DNA of 64,000 nucleotides, taken from positions 42,597-106,596 of the forward strand of contig DF237255.1 of NCBI GenBank assembly GCA_000708835.1, read 5' to 3'. Positions within the stretch are counted from its first letter, which is position 1. Each line of letters begins with the position of its first letter. The notes under the pieces were generated by a model. It ran no database searches. It saw only the letters and a program-made list of their open reading frames with translations, and had not been told where the DNA came from. A program made the translations under genes and the position numbers. Source of the stretch: Klebsormidium nitens. Taxonomy: Eukaryota > Plantae > Klebsormidiophyceae. Positions 35,001-47,426 of the stretch are shown here, one piece after another.

Positions 35001-38000
35001 TGAGCGTATGTCACCTGAGAGCGTATCGGCCATCTGGAGAGCAATTCAGTACTTGCCTGGTGGCGAAAGCCAAGCTCCGATCGTCATTGACCGAAAGATC
35101 TGCACTGAATCGATCCAAGGTGTGAATTTGTCGCTGAGACAAAACGTACGGGATCTAAGGTCCTAGAAAGGTCTGGCCGTCAGAGCAAGGACCTCGTCTG
35201 AACTATGGCCCCGGCAACCATACGTCTTCTGCCCCAATCACAAGCCAAGTTCAAAATAATGTTTTCCTCGATCACGTGCGGACCCCAGCAGCTTTAGAAC
35301 CCAGTCAGAGCCTTACGTCCTCCAGTCATGACTTTGCGACAAGACTGTGAGCATGACGACTTGTGCAATCAAGCTTGTTTTCGGGCTTCCTGTCGATCGT
35401 ATGCGTAGCCAGCTCCAGAATCCTGGACAAGTACGACCCCGCTGACGACGCTTTCGGAAGTATAACGAGTTCTCGGATCATCGAGCAAGCAGCGCTGATG
35501 ACTTGCCTTCCGCTGAAAAAATATGCACGGTTCCGTTGGTCGCGTCCGGATTGAAAAGAAGCTGACTGGCTTCATAAGCAGGGGCCGGTCACTTTAAAGA
35601 GCGCTAATGCACCACAGCATAAGGCGCACCCCCTTCAACGTTTTGGCTGATATGTATGACTGATAGTGCCCGTGTATTGGCAAGGTGATCCAGGAAATGA
35701 ATGTCTATCGCCCAAAATTGAGGTCTTGGTCCCGCTTTACTAGATTTCGTTGAAGGGGGCCTCGTGCGAGGATCGTTTGAATCAAGTCAGCCGTCAGTTT
35801 CTCTTGAGTACCCTTGGCCAGGGAGGTCAACAGCAGCGATAGATCGCTGGCAGGGAAAATTCGAATTGTGGGCACTTGCGCAATCATTGCAGAACTGTTG
35901 GAACTAGCCAAATAGTAGTAAAAAAAAGTGCAAATCCCTTGTCGGTGGCGCCTTTGAGTATGAAACAGCAGGTGCGCTGACGTGTATACCAAGATCTTTG
36001 CAGATGATCGATCCCGCATCAACCTCTGTCGACGCACCAGTGTCAAAGCACCAGTGTGAATGCATCTCACCGTAGAATGCGTAAACAACAAGTCCCTCAA
36101 ACGCTTGATGAAAGCTTGGAGCGGGTTAAGGTTGAATTAGTTTGTCTACGTGGTCCGTTCGCACAGATTTCACCGGCCTAAAGCATCCTTACGACGCCTT
36201 GGTTCCTGCGGATTTCGAGACGAAGTGTTTTACCTGATAAGCCTTCAGAGAGCGCCGAAAGTGCCCAACTCGACTATGTCCACAAGCTGGCACGGCGGTC
36301 CGCATCCTAGGCCTATATTTAGACCAGTGCAGGATCGCGTCAACGGCTCAATTCATTTCTTACAGTAGTTTCGACGGTGACCCGTCCGTGCAATTGTCTG
36401 TAAAAGTGTCAAATGAACACGGGGCAGTGCTTGAATTAATCCAATGCTTCCAAGCGACTTGCTTTCGAAGACGCGAGCCGTCGACTTACTTTGTCGGAAA
36501 GAAACTGTTTTTAGGACCAGGCCCGTCAGACGTAACAGGATACCAGATTGACCAGAAGTGGCCAGTTCCGCAATCCTCATTCGGCCTTGTCTGACTTACT
36601 TGTGTTCGTCACAAACTGGTTCCGTCACTGGACCACATTACAAGAAGCAAAGAGTGAACGAGAATCTTTGGTACGAGAGATGGGGTCACTGGCGACCGTG
36701 AAGAGTATCCTACGTTCGTCGGATGCTCAACATTGTCAGCGACAGGTCCGCCCAAAGACAACATAGTTGACGGCCTAACTGGAATACACAGATCGAACCG
36801 CTCAAACGACTCTGATGGGAATGAAACGCTTTCGACCTTCGCCCTGGTCTCATAGTATGCCAATCATGCCCGTCTGATATCGTCAGAAAGTCATTGTGGG
36901 CCGCGTTGGTACATGCTCACACGATCATCGGCGCCCTGTCGATCGTATTGGTGATTGTTCAGTATAAGTAAAGCAGACGGGTTTGTAGGTGCGACTACGT
37001 CACTTGTGGGGGTGCGGGTCAGTGCGGGCCGCGTCCTCCTACGGCCACCGCGGTTTAATTGTTTTGGACCCATAAACGCTTTCGGATGTGCCACAACTCT
37101 TGTGCATATCCGTTCTGTCCTGTACTATATTGCACGTGACTCCTCCGTCTGTGAGCGCGCAGTGCCAGTATGACTGCACATGGCCATGTTCGCGAGCATC
37201 ACGGAAGGACGTGAGCTGCAACGTGCATAGATTGCGAGTTCGAGGAATGAATTGTAATGGGTCAAATGCGGATAGATGACATCAGACCCAAAAGTACTCG
37301 GGGGCGGTTGGGGCTTCGCACTGAAGGTAAGAGTATCAACGCCCCACTTGATCACCCTTTCACGGCTACAAAACAGCGGCCTTCTCCTAAGCTTCGGTCG
37401 ATTGAAACCAAATGCGAGAGCAGTCAGTTTTCAAATGTAGCTTATAGCAAAGATTATGGGCTTTCAAATGCTCCTCAAGCAGCTAGGACCGCAAATCGGA
37501 GCCGTTCCAGCTCATGAACCGGTCCTTGTTCGACCCGGCCCTCAACCGGGGCCCAGCTCCGGTTGCTCCGCCATTTTCCGGAGGAGCGATTCCGGGAGCG
37601 GAATGCTCCGGTTTCGTCCTGGTTCGATTTCTCGGTTAGAAGCCGAGGCGCCCTGTGAACGGATCGGCTGATGAAAGAAACGGCTGGACATGTCATCACC
37701 GCGAACAGGAATGTCATTCTTGATGCTTGTATCTGCGATCAGCCGAACAAAAAATGCGAGGCCCACAGATTCGATTTCAGTAACTCCCATTATCTAGGCT
37801 TTTGCTAACATCACTATCCTCAGCGAAAACTTCGGAAGCTGGGAGGAACTTATTCAACAAACCCAAACGGCCGCTACCGATGGCGGGCCTTCTGAGTTGG
37901 AATGGTTGAAAGTAGCGTAGCCCTGATATCGATAATATATATCGATGTTGTGGGCCAGATCGAAGTTCTGCTCGTCATCGGCGATACGAATAGGCTCTTA

Positions 38001-41000
38001 GCAGAAACATTCCACTTTAGCTGTAGGTATACCAGCAGAAGGAACCACCGCATTATCGGGCCTTCAAAGCACTGCGCGCGCGCTCGCGCGCCGCGGGCCC
38101 AAAAGCCGTACGTCGTCACGGCACAGCGTTTACAATCACCTTCACCGGCCAGCTTTCAAGTGTTTTGCATGCGGTTGCTACTCGGCGGAACGTTTGCGCG
38201 CGAGCCAAACATAAAAATGTCGACTGGACCTCGCACTTGCACACTTTTGCAGCGGGCGCCTGCACGTCCCATTCTCAGAGGATGCTGCTCAAAATCGATC
38301 GGGAAACATCTATTCTTTGCGCGCCGTACCAAGTTTTGTAGGTTTCCATTTGGGCAGCTTTCATTCGAGGCTTTTTCATATTCTTGCCAGCGAGGTCTGC
38401 TTTCTGGACCCGAGTTGAGAAGGCCTTTGACGAAAACCTGTGCGAGAGACTCAGCCCGCCCGGCGGCCATACGGCGTGGTCGGAGGCGAGTCCGAGAGTG
38501 ACGAGAGTAAGGCAACTGCTCTGCAGGCGAGGCGTATACGCTTTGGTCTACTTATCGGTACAAGGATCAAGGTTAATGAACCGTCCGCTAAACTTATGTG
38601 TTCCTTCGCATGATACTGCTAAAATTGGCCGCCACGGTTGAAGCTACAAACTCTGTTTGGAATGTCCTGGGAGAATCCCAAGTAGAAAGTGTGCCTAGAA
38701 AGTGTATTGCGCGTACGGGACGCTGTTTGGTGCCGCTTGGAAGATCCGTTGAAATCTGCCACAGATTGGACACGGCGATTCACATAGAGCAGGCTAGAAG
38801 CCGATCGCTGACCACTACTGAACGGGTCGAGACGCGAAACTCTTCAACAGCAGTGAGCTTTGCTTCTGACTTTGTAATCGGACCAGCTGCCAGTACTGAC
38901 CGCTGGTAAGCTGGTTGGCGGGCAACGGCCAAAATCACATCTCAGAAGCTTTTGTGATGTGGACCCGCTTTTAAGTTGAAACTTGCGGGCCTTCAGAAAT
39001 CATATTTGTGAATGACCACCGAGGCCAGATTTTATCGCGTCATGGGCATTGAGCTTTCATATAGTTCATATACGGAATCAGACAAGTACGCAGTTGTTTC
39101 CAGAGCAATCCGGCTTGACACAAAGCTAAGGCTCTTTCAAAGTGTACTTAAGGTATGTCCGACGTCCTTTCGTGCTTTCGGGGGCAGCGACGTCGAAGAT
39201 TGACTCAACTTTCATTCCAACTCTGAAGCTGGTGAAAGTCAGGGAACCAAAAGCACGCTATCGGAGAGGCGCGCAAATAGCAGTGCTTCGTTACGACGCA
39301 TGGTGACCACCAGCCGAATAGTCGTACGTTAGCTTCAACCTTGACAAGAAGGTGGACCCAGCGCGAAATTTTCCAACATGCACAAACAACTAGACTCTGC
39401 CCAATCCACCGGCGCTAGATACGGACATCAGAGTGTTTAAACAGATTTAGTACCTTGGGTGTGCAGCGGATTCAGCCCTTGCAGACCAGCGAAGTGCGCT
39501 GACATGAACACCAAATTTGCGCAGATTTTCCGCCGGCAACAGCTCTTCTTGAAAGAACCCAGATTATGAATCGTGTGATTGATCGCATCTTTGGAGTTAA
39601 CAACACAGAGAGGAAACCCAAAGGCCCTCAAACTTCACCTTTTTGTAAAGGAGGGAAGGGGCGCCGGCGCCAAAATGACCGACTTTCAACACCGTTCAGT
39701 AAGTTCTACACTTCTTGGTGCCCTCCAAAGTCCTCTGAGTTTACGTGTAGCCAATTCAAAGCTAGGTTCATTGAAGGGCCTTCAGGCATTCCTTGGCAGA
39801 TCAGCTCTGCCCACAAGCTGGCCCGTCGGTCGGCATCCCAGGCCTAATTTACAGCAGTAGATTCTTCCAACGGCGAAAACGATTGCAACGGCTTACTTCA
39901 TCGCCCTGTTGCAGCTCGAGCCGACGAGTTCGTTGTGAGTGCCAGATAAACAAGCGGCAGAGGTTTTAAATGCATGCGTTACTCTTGATCGACTGTCTCC
40001 AAAACACGAGCCCCTGCTCTCTTCGCGCCGGCCGTCATCCTTCTTGCATCTAATGGAAAGTTAGAAACGGAACAAGACTACGAGGCCGTCAGAATCGGAG
40101 GTGGCAATCTGACCAGAAGAGCCAGGTCCACATTCCTCATGGGCAATCCCAGGTCCTTTGCAGAAAGACAGAAGTTCCGTCGTTGCACCAGATTCTCGGA
40201 AAAGATATGTTAGAAGTCAGTGAACAGCTTTGGTGCGAGCGATGGGTCACAGCCCGTTACAGGGCGCGAGCGTCCTGCGTACCATGTGCCACCGACAAAG
40301 CGGCCCAGAAACACCTAAATTTTATAGACGACGGCCAAAAATGATCCAAAAGCTTCGAGCCATGTTTATAGACAAAAGAGGCCCTTCGCTCTTATCCTAC
40401 AAAATTCTTGCGAGCAGCCCAGTAGACGTTTTTCTCAGAAAGTCACCACAGGCCGTCTTTGAACCATGCAGCACCCCATTGACGCTCGTTTGAGCTGTGT
40501 TTATGATGGTATCACTTTATACGGTGTTTGAAGACCGTCTGGTGAGTGCACTCCCTTTCTAGGAGCTGGGCCGCTCGGGCAGCGTTCTCCTATCGCCTCC
40601 GCGTTCAATCGTATTTGAGCCTCCATCACTGCTTTCGCATGTACGAGAAGTCATTGAGGGTACTTTGTTTCGTTTCCCTACACCAGGTTGCATGTGAGGG
40701 CTTCGTCTGGGGCAACGCAGATCTTTATGTGACTACACATGGCCAATTCTGCGAGCATCACGGAAGCACGTAAGCAGCAACGTTTATGGACAGTGAAGTA
40801 GAGGGATGAGCCGACTATTCCAAGACGGTTGATCGAAATTTTGACCCCAAAGATTGCTGGCAGCCGCGAAGGCGGTGCATGCAGTGCAGACGTTACGCGC
40901 TTGAACGCGTGCGAGGTGAGCCCATGATGTTAACTGCACGGCGACAACGCAGCGGCCATTTTTAAAGCTTTAGTTGATTTTACTCAAATGTAGAGAATTC

Positions 41001-44000
41001 GATACTCAGCTTCAGTTAGCAGAACATCTCGGCTTCCTGAGCTTTTCTCAGAAGAGGATGCTGTGTGAAGTACAGCCCGACTCGAGCGCAGCAGCCACTT
41101 TGAGGAGGACTACCAGAGAGCGCGTTCGAATCCTTGGAAGATTCCAAAAAAGTTCTCCAAAGACAAATTGGTCCGCAAAACGGTCCTATGCACGGCAACT
41201 GAAGTTGCCATTGCCGTGCAAACCAGTGTTTGTCAGTTGAAAAGCGGTTCCGAATTCGACGTTCCAAGGCGGAGTTTGGTAGCATATTTGAAAAGTGAGC
41301 CGTTATATATTTGCCCAACGGCAAGATCATCTAAGCCCCTGTCACAGCACGAAGCCGACCGGTTATGTCACCTTAAAACCTGTTGCCATCGGAACTAGAT
41401 TAGATTGCTTGGCTCCAGCAGTCAAGCTCCATTCGCGTTCGTCATTGACCCGAAAGATATCAAAAGTACGAAGGAGATGTTCACTTGTCTCTGATACGAG
41501 ACATCATCTCAAAGCCTACCGTCCCAGAAAGTGCTGGCCGTCAGTGCAAGGACTTCGTCTTCATAGATGGTCGCGGCACCCAATACACTTCTGCTCCACA
41601 ACAAGCCATGATTCCTGTTCTGTGTATGAACCCAAGCAAGGCCGCCCTAGAACCCAAGTGAATATGCATGCCTCCAGTGATCAATTAGCAAAAATGGAGT
41701 GCTTTTAAATATAGCATGGCGAAGCGTGCAGTTAACAGTTTTTGTCGGCTTTCTTTCGATCCTATGCTTAGCCAGTTTCAGGATCCTAGAGAAGTGCTGC
41801 TCCTGCATACAAATTTTTCAAGAAGTGAGTACTTTCCTGGAATCCAAACAACCCGCGCTGATCATAACCCCCGCCTTCGCTGATGATGTTCCGTTGGTCG
41901 GATTTTTGTGGGAATCAGAACAGGGTCCGCGGGTCACGTTAGGAAGCGCTACCGCGCGCGCCACAGCACAAGGCCTTCAATCCTTTGGCTGATACGTCCT
42001 CTTGAGAATGACTGATAATGCCTATGGGGTTTCGTTACGGTGTAGAGAAAGTGGATGTTAATCGCCCAAAGCCGAGGCGCTCGGTCCCGCCTTAGAGGTT
42101 CTTCAATAGGGCCTCGTGCGAGGATCTTTTGAAGGTGGTAAGACGTCACTTCATGCTACATTTTCTTGGCCAGGGAAAGCCAACTCAATCCATATAGTCA
42201 TTGGCATGGAGAGTAGGCGTTTGCGATGTTATCGAAGAACTGTTGGAGATAGCTGCACCTTCCAATATACGATCAGTTGAATGTCGACTTTCAGACATCT
42301 GAGGTTCTGCTCAACAGGAATCTTATCGCTGAAGGCAGTAAGCGCGATTCGCAGAATGCGATGCCGATCCAAAATTTCTGCTTATATATAGACCTCTCTG
42401 ATCCCTCATGCTAGACTTGATCGATCTTTTCATTCGCCTAAACGCTTCGCATTTTGCAGATTGTAATATGAACAAGTGCAAAGCTTAGCAAGCCGGAGTG
42501 TTCTGGGAAGACTGTGGAACGGACACCCTGATGCGCATCATACGCACGAGAACCTCTCGCTTATCACGGACTTCGTTGCTGAATGGCACTTCGAGAGCGA
42601 GGGTTGAGAACCAAACACTGCAAAATCTAATGATTAACTTCCTGGACTGCTATGCCTAAGCTAGTATAATGCTTATAAACTTATACTGCGCAAAAGATAC
42701 TCAGAGACCTCGTGAAAGGATCGAAGCCAAACAAGATGAGCACCTAAGACGATTGAACTCCTCCAATAGAAGTGTTCAGTGAAACGAGTGCCAGAACTAT
42801 CGACGTCATAGAGGGCCATGAGGTCATTTCTGAGATGCGGTGTGGAAGAAATAATTGCATGCGATCGACCAGCATTCATGAAGACTTCCACGGACAGCCT
42901 TCCGATCCTGCCAATCATCTTTATGGCCTGGTGGCCAAGATAAAGAGCGATTCGTCACGGGCATCCGTTTTCTTTCTCCCCAAACTCCCCCAACCCCAAT
43001 TCTTAACCAACCGAATCCAATTTCTCAGAGTTTCCATGTAGCTCCTACTCAACTGTTAAGCAAGCTAGTTCAACTAGCTACTTAGGCGATTGGGCAAAGG
43101 GATGTCGAAGCGATGCCAGAGTATGATTCTTGTATTCGAATCCTTTATGTGTGGTCATGTGTTGATGAACCTTGGTACTAGCGCTCAATTACTGGCCGCT
43201 TCAAGTTTCAAACGTGTAACAGCGATTTAGAAACAGCCCATTTTAACTGAATTGTTTGCGGACTTCAACCCGCGGGACCGGAGACGTAACATTGCAAAGC
43301 TAAGGAAGCGAGCCGTCAGAGAGAAGTCTTGCTGCAAATGGCATCAACCGCCACTTCTAATGTCCGGGTTCACAGGCGCACAACACATCGGGGCAGCAAT
43401 ACCTAGTTCTCTTCTCGATTCTGCCTCAGTTAAGGGACCACGGCGATACGCATCGAAGGGACCAACTGGGCGGCGGGAATGGTTGACAGATGTCGGCACT
43501 TCGCTTTTGCTTAAAGCACAACATAAACGTTCTAGGAGCTACTGCGACCAGAAATCCGGAGAACTTGATTGGCGACTTGGACATGACCTCCAAGCGTGGC
43601 CACAGTCGTGCTCATCATGGGCAGCGAGACACAGAGAGGTTGGCACACAATCTTCTTTTGCCTGGAGCGCAGCTCATTAAACGCTTTAGGAGCTACTTCG
43701 ACCAAGTTTCAAGCCTTCGGGCTTTGCTCAACAATATGGCCACCAGATGTGGCCATTGGTCGAACACATCATAGGCCTCTGCTTCTCCGACGATTTATGC
43801 TAATCCTGACAATGGTGATGATGTCAAGGAAGCGACTAATTTTTTTTGATATATCCGCTCGAGGAGAAAATCATAGTTGGCAACTTTTCCAGCCCTGTCC
43901 GACCGACATGACCGCTGATCATACCTGCGATTGCTCGGTGGCACCCTTTATCGGGGTCTGTGAAACAGAAAGCGCGCATCAGATTATGCCTCTGCTGAAC

Positions 44001-47000
44001 TTGCTTTTGAGAGTTTATGGCGAACGATAGGAATTCGAAGGAACATGCAGTCCAAAAGCAGAAGACTATCAGTTGTACTGAGCGAGTCTTTGCAGTAGTT
44101 TGCGAGTTAGTCTTGCAGTCTTTCTGTTGGAGACCGCTGGATATGAACGACTTCGTCCACTGACAAAAACCTCAGTATCAGAAGTTTTGAACAAAACTGT
44201 TTCTCAGAGAAAGGTCCTTGAATCGAAAAAGAGGCCTTCTTCAAAAAACGGACAGTTCTCTCTGGGGTCAGCAAGGCCCGGTCACAGCCCGTTGGGAAGG
44301 GCCAACTCTTGTATCGTCTTCGGCTTGGCCAAGTCCGACGAATCTGCCAAATCCCCAAAAGTGCTTTCCGAACACCAACTTAAACTCCAGTCGAGTTAAA
44401 GACCCAATCTTATGTTAGAGCGATGTTTACGCCCGCATGATGCGGTTGGACAGCACGCCTCCTGGGAGAATCGAAGCAGAGAAAGCAATGAAAACGCAAA
44501 AGAACGTACGATGCCGTTGCTACTGTCAACTGTACGTGCTTGAGCAATAGATTGCAAAATTGTGGAACATCAGTGATTACGGACACTGCTGGGACGGATG
44601 CACCGAACAATGTTATGGAAGGGTAGTGCGGTGGCCTGCTGCCACACGCTTTTGCCTTCTATAACACGAGTCCTTCGCGACTCTTCAAGACAGAATTTGA
44701 AGGTCAGTACGATTACGGAGCTTCACATCCAGATCCAGAGACCGCGTTTAAATACGGGCACAAACTCGCTTTTATATCGCTCTGATTACTTAGGTGACTC
44801 AAATCCAGACAGGAACTCGTAGACCATCGAAAGTGGGAGGTGCGCATTTGATTTATTGGTCCGCTGCAAATGGAGGAAGAGGGCAGCCCAATTTTCAGTC
44901 CGGCTGAGCTAGCTCCTTAATAAAACCCATCACGCTTGATTCAGAAAAACGGTGGCATGGCCAAGGCTGATTACCATTTCCCACAGATCAGAGGCTTAAT
45001 CCATAATATTCAGGTGTACGACTGCTTATAAAGAGCCTCGATCCGCCGTTCGAGAAACAGAGTTCGTTTGGACGCGGGCAGAGACCGCAGCATCAAAGAC
45101 GGTCCTTTAGTTTCCAGTCATGTCCTTGTCTCTAGCTACTTCCGGGCCTTCAGTGTTGCAGGCAGTAGATGACTTTATTTTGCCACTTACGCCTTCTTTA
45201 AATCGTCCTGGGCACATGTATCGTGTACGCAACATCTGACGTCATATGTGCATTTTCTATTTGACCTGATATCAGTAACTCCAGTCCGATTCAAAAGCGC
45301 CCCCGATCTTGCACAAGAATCATCCATTTAAAGACACACCGAACAAAGGTCATCAACTGGCAAGTAAGCGCCGATTGGGCTCGTTCCAGGTGGAAACAAA
45401 TGTTGTCCACCCAGATTCTCGACCGTGTTGTACTAGGATTGATTGAAGAAATGGGTTGCGTCGACCAGATACTAGTGGGGCTTCGAAGATCGGTCAAAGT
45501 ACCCGATTCTACACTCCTGCTCCAGCAAAAAGCGTGTACAAGGTATGTACGTACTTCCATGTTCGCGTGGTAGAAAGTTGAAACATAAGCCACAACCTTC
45601 TCGAAGGACCGCATGAGATCAGCTTTCATGTTAGTACTATCGAGGCACGCAGCAATCTGAGCTAGGGGCCGGCGGCGGCGTCCAGCGATAACTAGCCACG
45701 AGTCTCGATTGACTGCTATGACCACGAGGGACCGCAGCGCAAGCGCATTACAGCCGTCCACGTGGACTCATTTTCCTCGTGCAGCATCTGCACGCGTGTC
45801 CGTACACAAAACGACATAGGCAGATCTCCTGGAAAACATAGCAGGTTCAGGGTCCCGCTCAGACGAACCGCTCAGACCTCTTGAGTTTTGATAGAAGCAA
45901 GAAAGACATCATCATCCATTTTAGATTCCTCCACAAAGTGGGTTTACAGCGAGCGAGTTTATGGCGAGCGAGTTGTAGATCCACAAATCTCGTAAAACCA
46001 TAGCAAAGGCCGCGAAGCAATTTCAATAGCTTTTGGGGGTTCGTCTCAAACCCACGGTCCATTTGGAGCCGTGACCTAGTTCTGAGAACGAGGCCTCGAA
46101 GGCGTAAGAGCAGCTTGGCCAAACGCGGCCGAGAGAGGTGTCGTCATTGGCGATGCTCCCCTGAAATTTCGGCCTCCTCATGATGCCGTGATAAAGTCGA
46201 TCTGATGCAGGACTAGCAGGCTTTGTCTGGAAGCAAGAAGTCCAGCCCGGTTGTTTTCCATCTTCCCGTCGCGAAGGATGGTACGTCGCGGTTCGCGAGT
46301 TCACCACACTACGCGTCTCTTGGCGCACAATCATAGTCGACGCCCAGAAACCCATGAGGATCCCAAATGCGGCAAACGTGGATATAGCGTCTGCCGTACA
46401 AAGTATTTCGAAACCCGTCTCGCTTGATCAACAGTCGGCTTGGCCTGCGCGTACGAGAAGCAAGTCACATGCGGCGCTGGTGCTTTCGCGTGAGCTGTCA
46501 GCGTCCATCATGGCTCTCAAGCAACGATCAATTGGGAAAAGCTACGTCCGATCAAGACGCCAAGCGAGGATGATCCAGTCTTACAGAAGCTCGGGCTACG
46601 GATACCGGGGCACAGAATGAGTAGCCGCTTCGTAGCGACCGCCCATTGCACTGCGGGGCAGTGAAAGTCGGCCGGATCCTGGAGCGACCTGGGCATTCGG
46701 ACTTTGACCGTGCTTGCTTGAAATCACGTATAGGAGTACAAAAGAAAGTTCCAAAACCACCTCCTACTATTTTGACCCGGCAGTAAATCGATTATGTTAT
46801 GAAGAGCGAGTGATAGATTCAATTACTTAAATGGGCGACGGCACAATCACGCCGGGTGTGCGTAAAAAACCCCAGCCACCTTGTGCAGGCACACAACGAA
46901 AGAGAAAGAAGTCGAAGACAATCCTGTCGTGTCGACGGAAGACACGCGAGATTGTAGCTAGCAAATCTGGGCTTTGTACATGTGCTTTCGCGCAGCCCAA

Positions 47001-47350
47001 AGGCATGGCCCACGGGGACCTCCGAATAGAGAACTGAAGAGAGGCCGTCAAGACGTGGCGAAACTTCCTTGGTAGAGATTGATGAATGATCGCGTGCAGG
47101 GCGGGCTTTTTTATATATCGGTTCGGAAGACGCCCCGAAAAATCTTCTGAGTTGGACGACATGCGTGTGTGTGAATGCTCATTTGGCCTTGGTTGCACTG
47201 AAAACTCGGAACCCCAACCCCAAGGGCGGATCTCGATAACAAGATCATGATTCCGGTGGACACACGCGCCTCCGGGTTGTGCCGGAGCACGGCGGCCTCA
47301 ATGAGTACTGATCCATTCAAAGATGCAACACGAGAGTAGTCGCAGCCATT
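26100..47350 (-). pseudogene. Cluster of at least 3-4 heavily decayed TIR/NB-ARC/LRR-like (NLR-like) gene copies
   Basis: Paralogous nucleotide blocks recur in the same order: 27409/38056; 28322/30950/39012; 34392/37169/40727; 35360/41725; 35757/42109. Minus-strand fragments read as LRR (GFLSLSQNNLAQVLPESI; IHNLGSFKK..FAGLQGLNPL; RILELATHTIDRKP), GLPL-like (RPLAQIAACL), RNBS-B-like (LGHGSKWTV; LVITTTRS), MHD-like (THDH near 43155) and TIR-like (GVMILS..HCSLEHAFI). There is no long intact ORF. Confidence 0.5.
27553..27643. other. 91-nt inverted repeat (fold-back hairpin, about 43-bp stem, 3-nt loop)
   Basis: GCGCGCGTGCCGAATGGCCGTCAACATGAGGCACGCGGGCCTAGG-TCG-CCTAGGCACGTGCCTCATGTTGACCGCCATTCGGCACGCGCGC; one mismatch and one small asymmetric internal loop. 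Confidence 0.9.
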
Positions 47351-47426
47351 GGACATAATTCAACACACACCGAACAGCGGCTGCAGCACTCGGAGGTAAT
47401 GTTGGTAAACAAAAAAGAGCAACCGG

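Noticed and set aside
26100-47350. Endogenous giant-virus or Helitron/retrotransposon insertion
   Set aside because: I recognised no capsid, polymerase, Rep/helicase, RT or integrase motifs. The relics fit LRR/NB-ARC better, although a database search is needed to exclude this.
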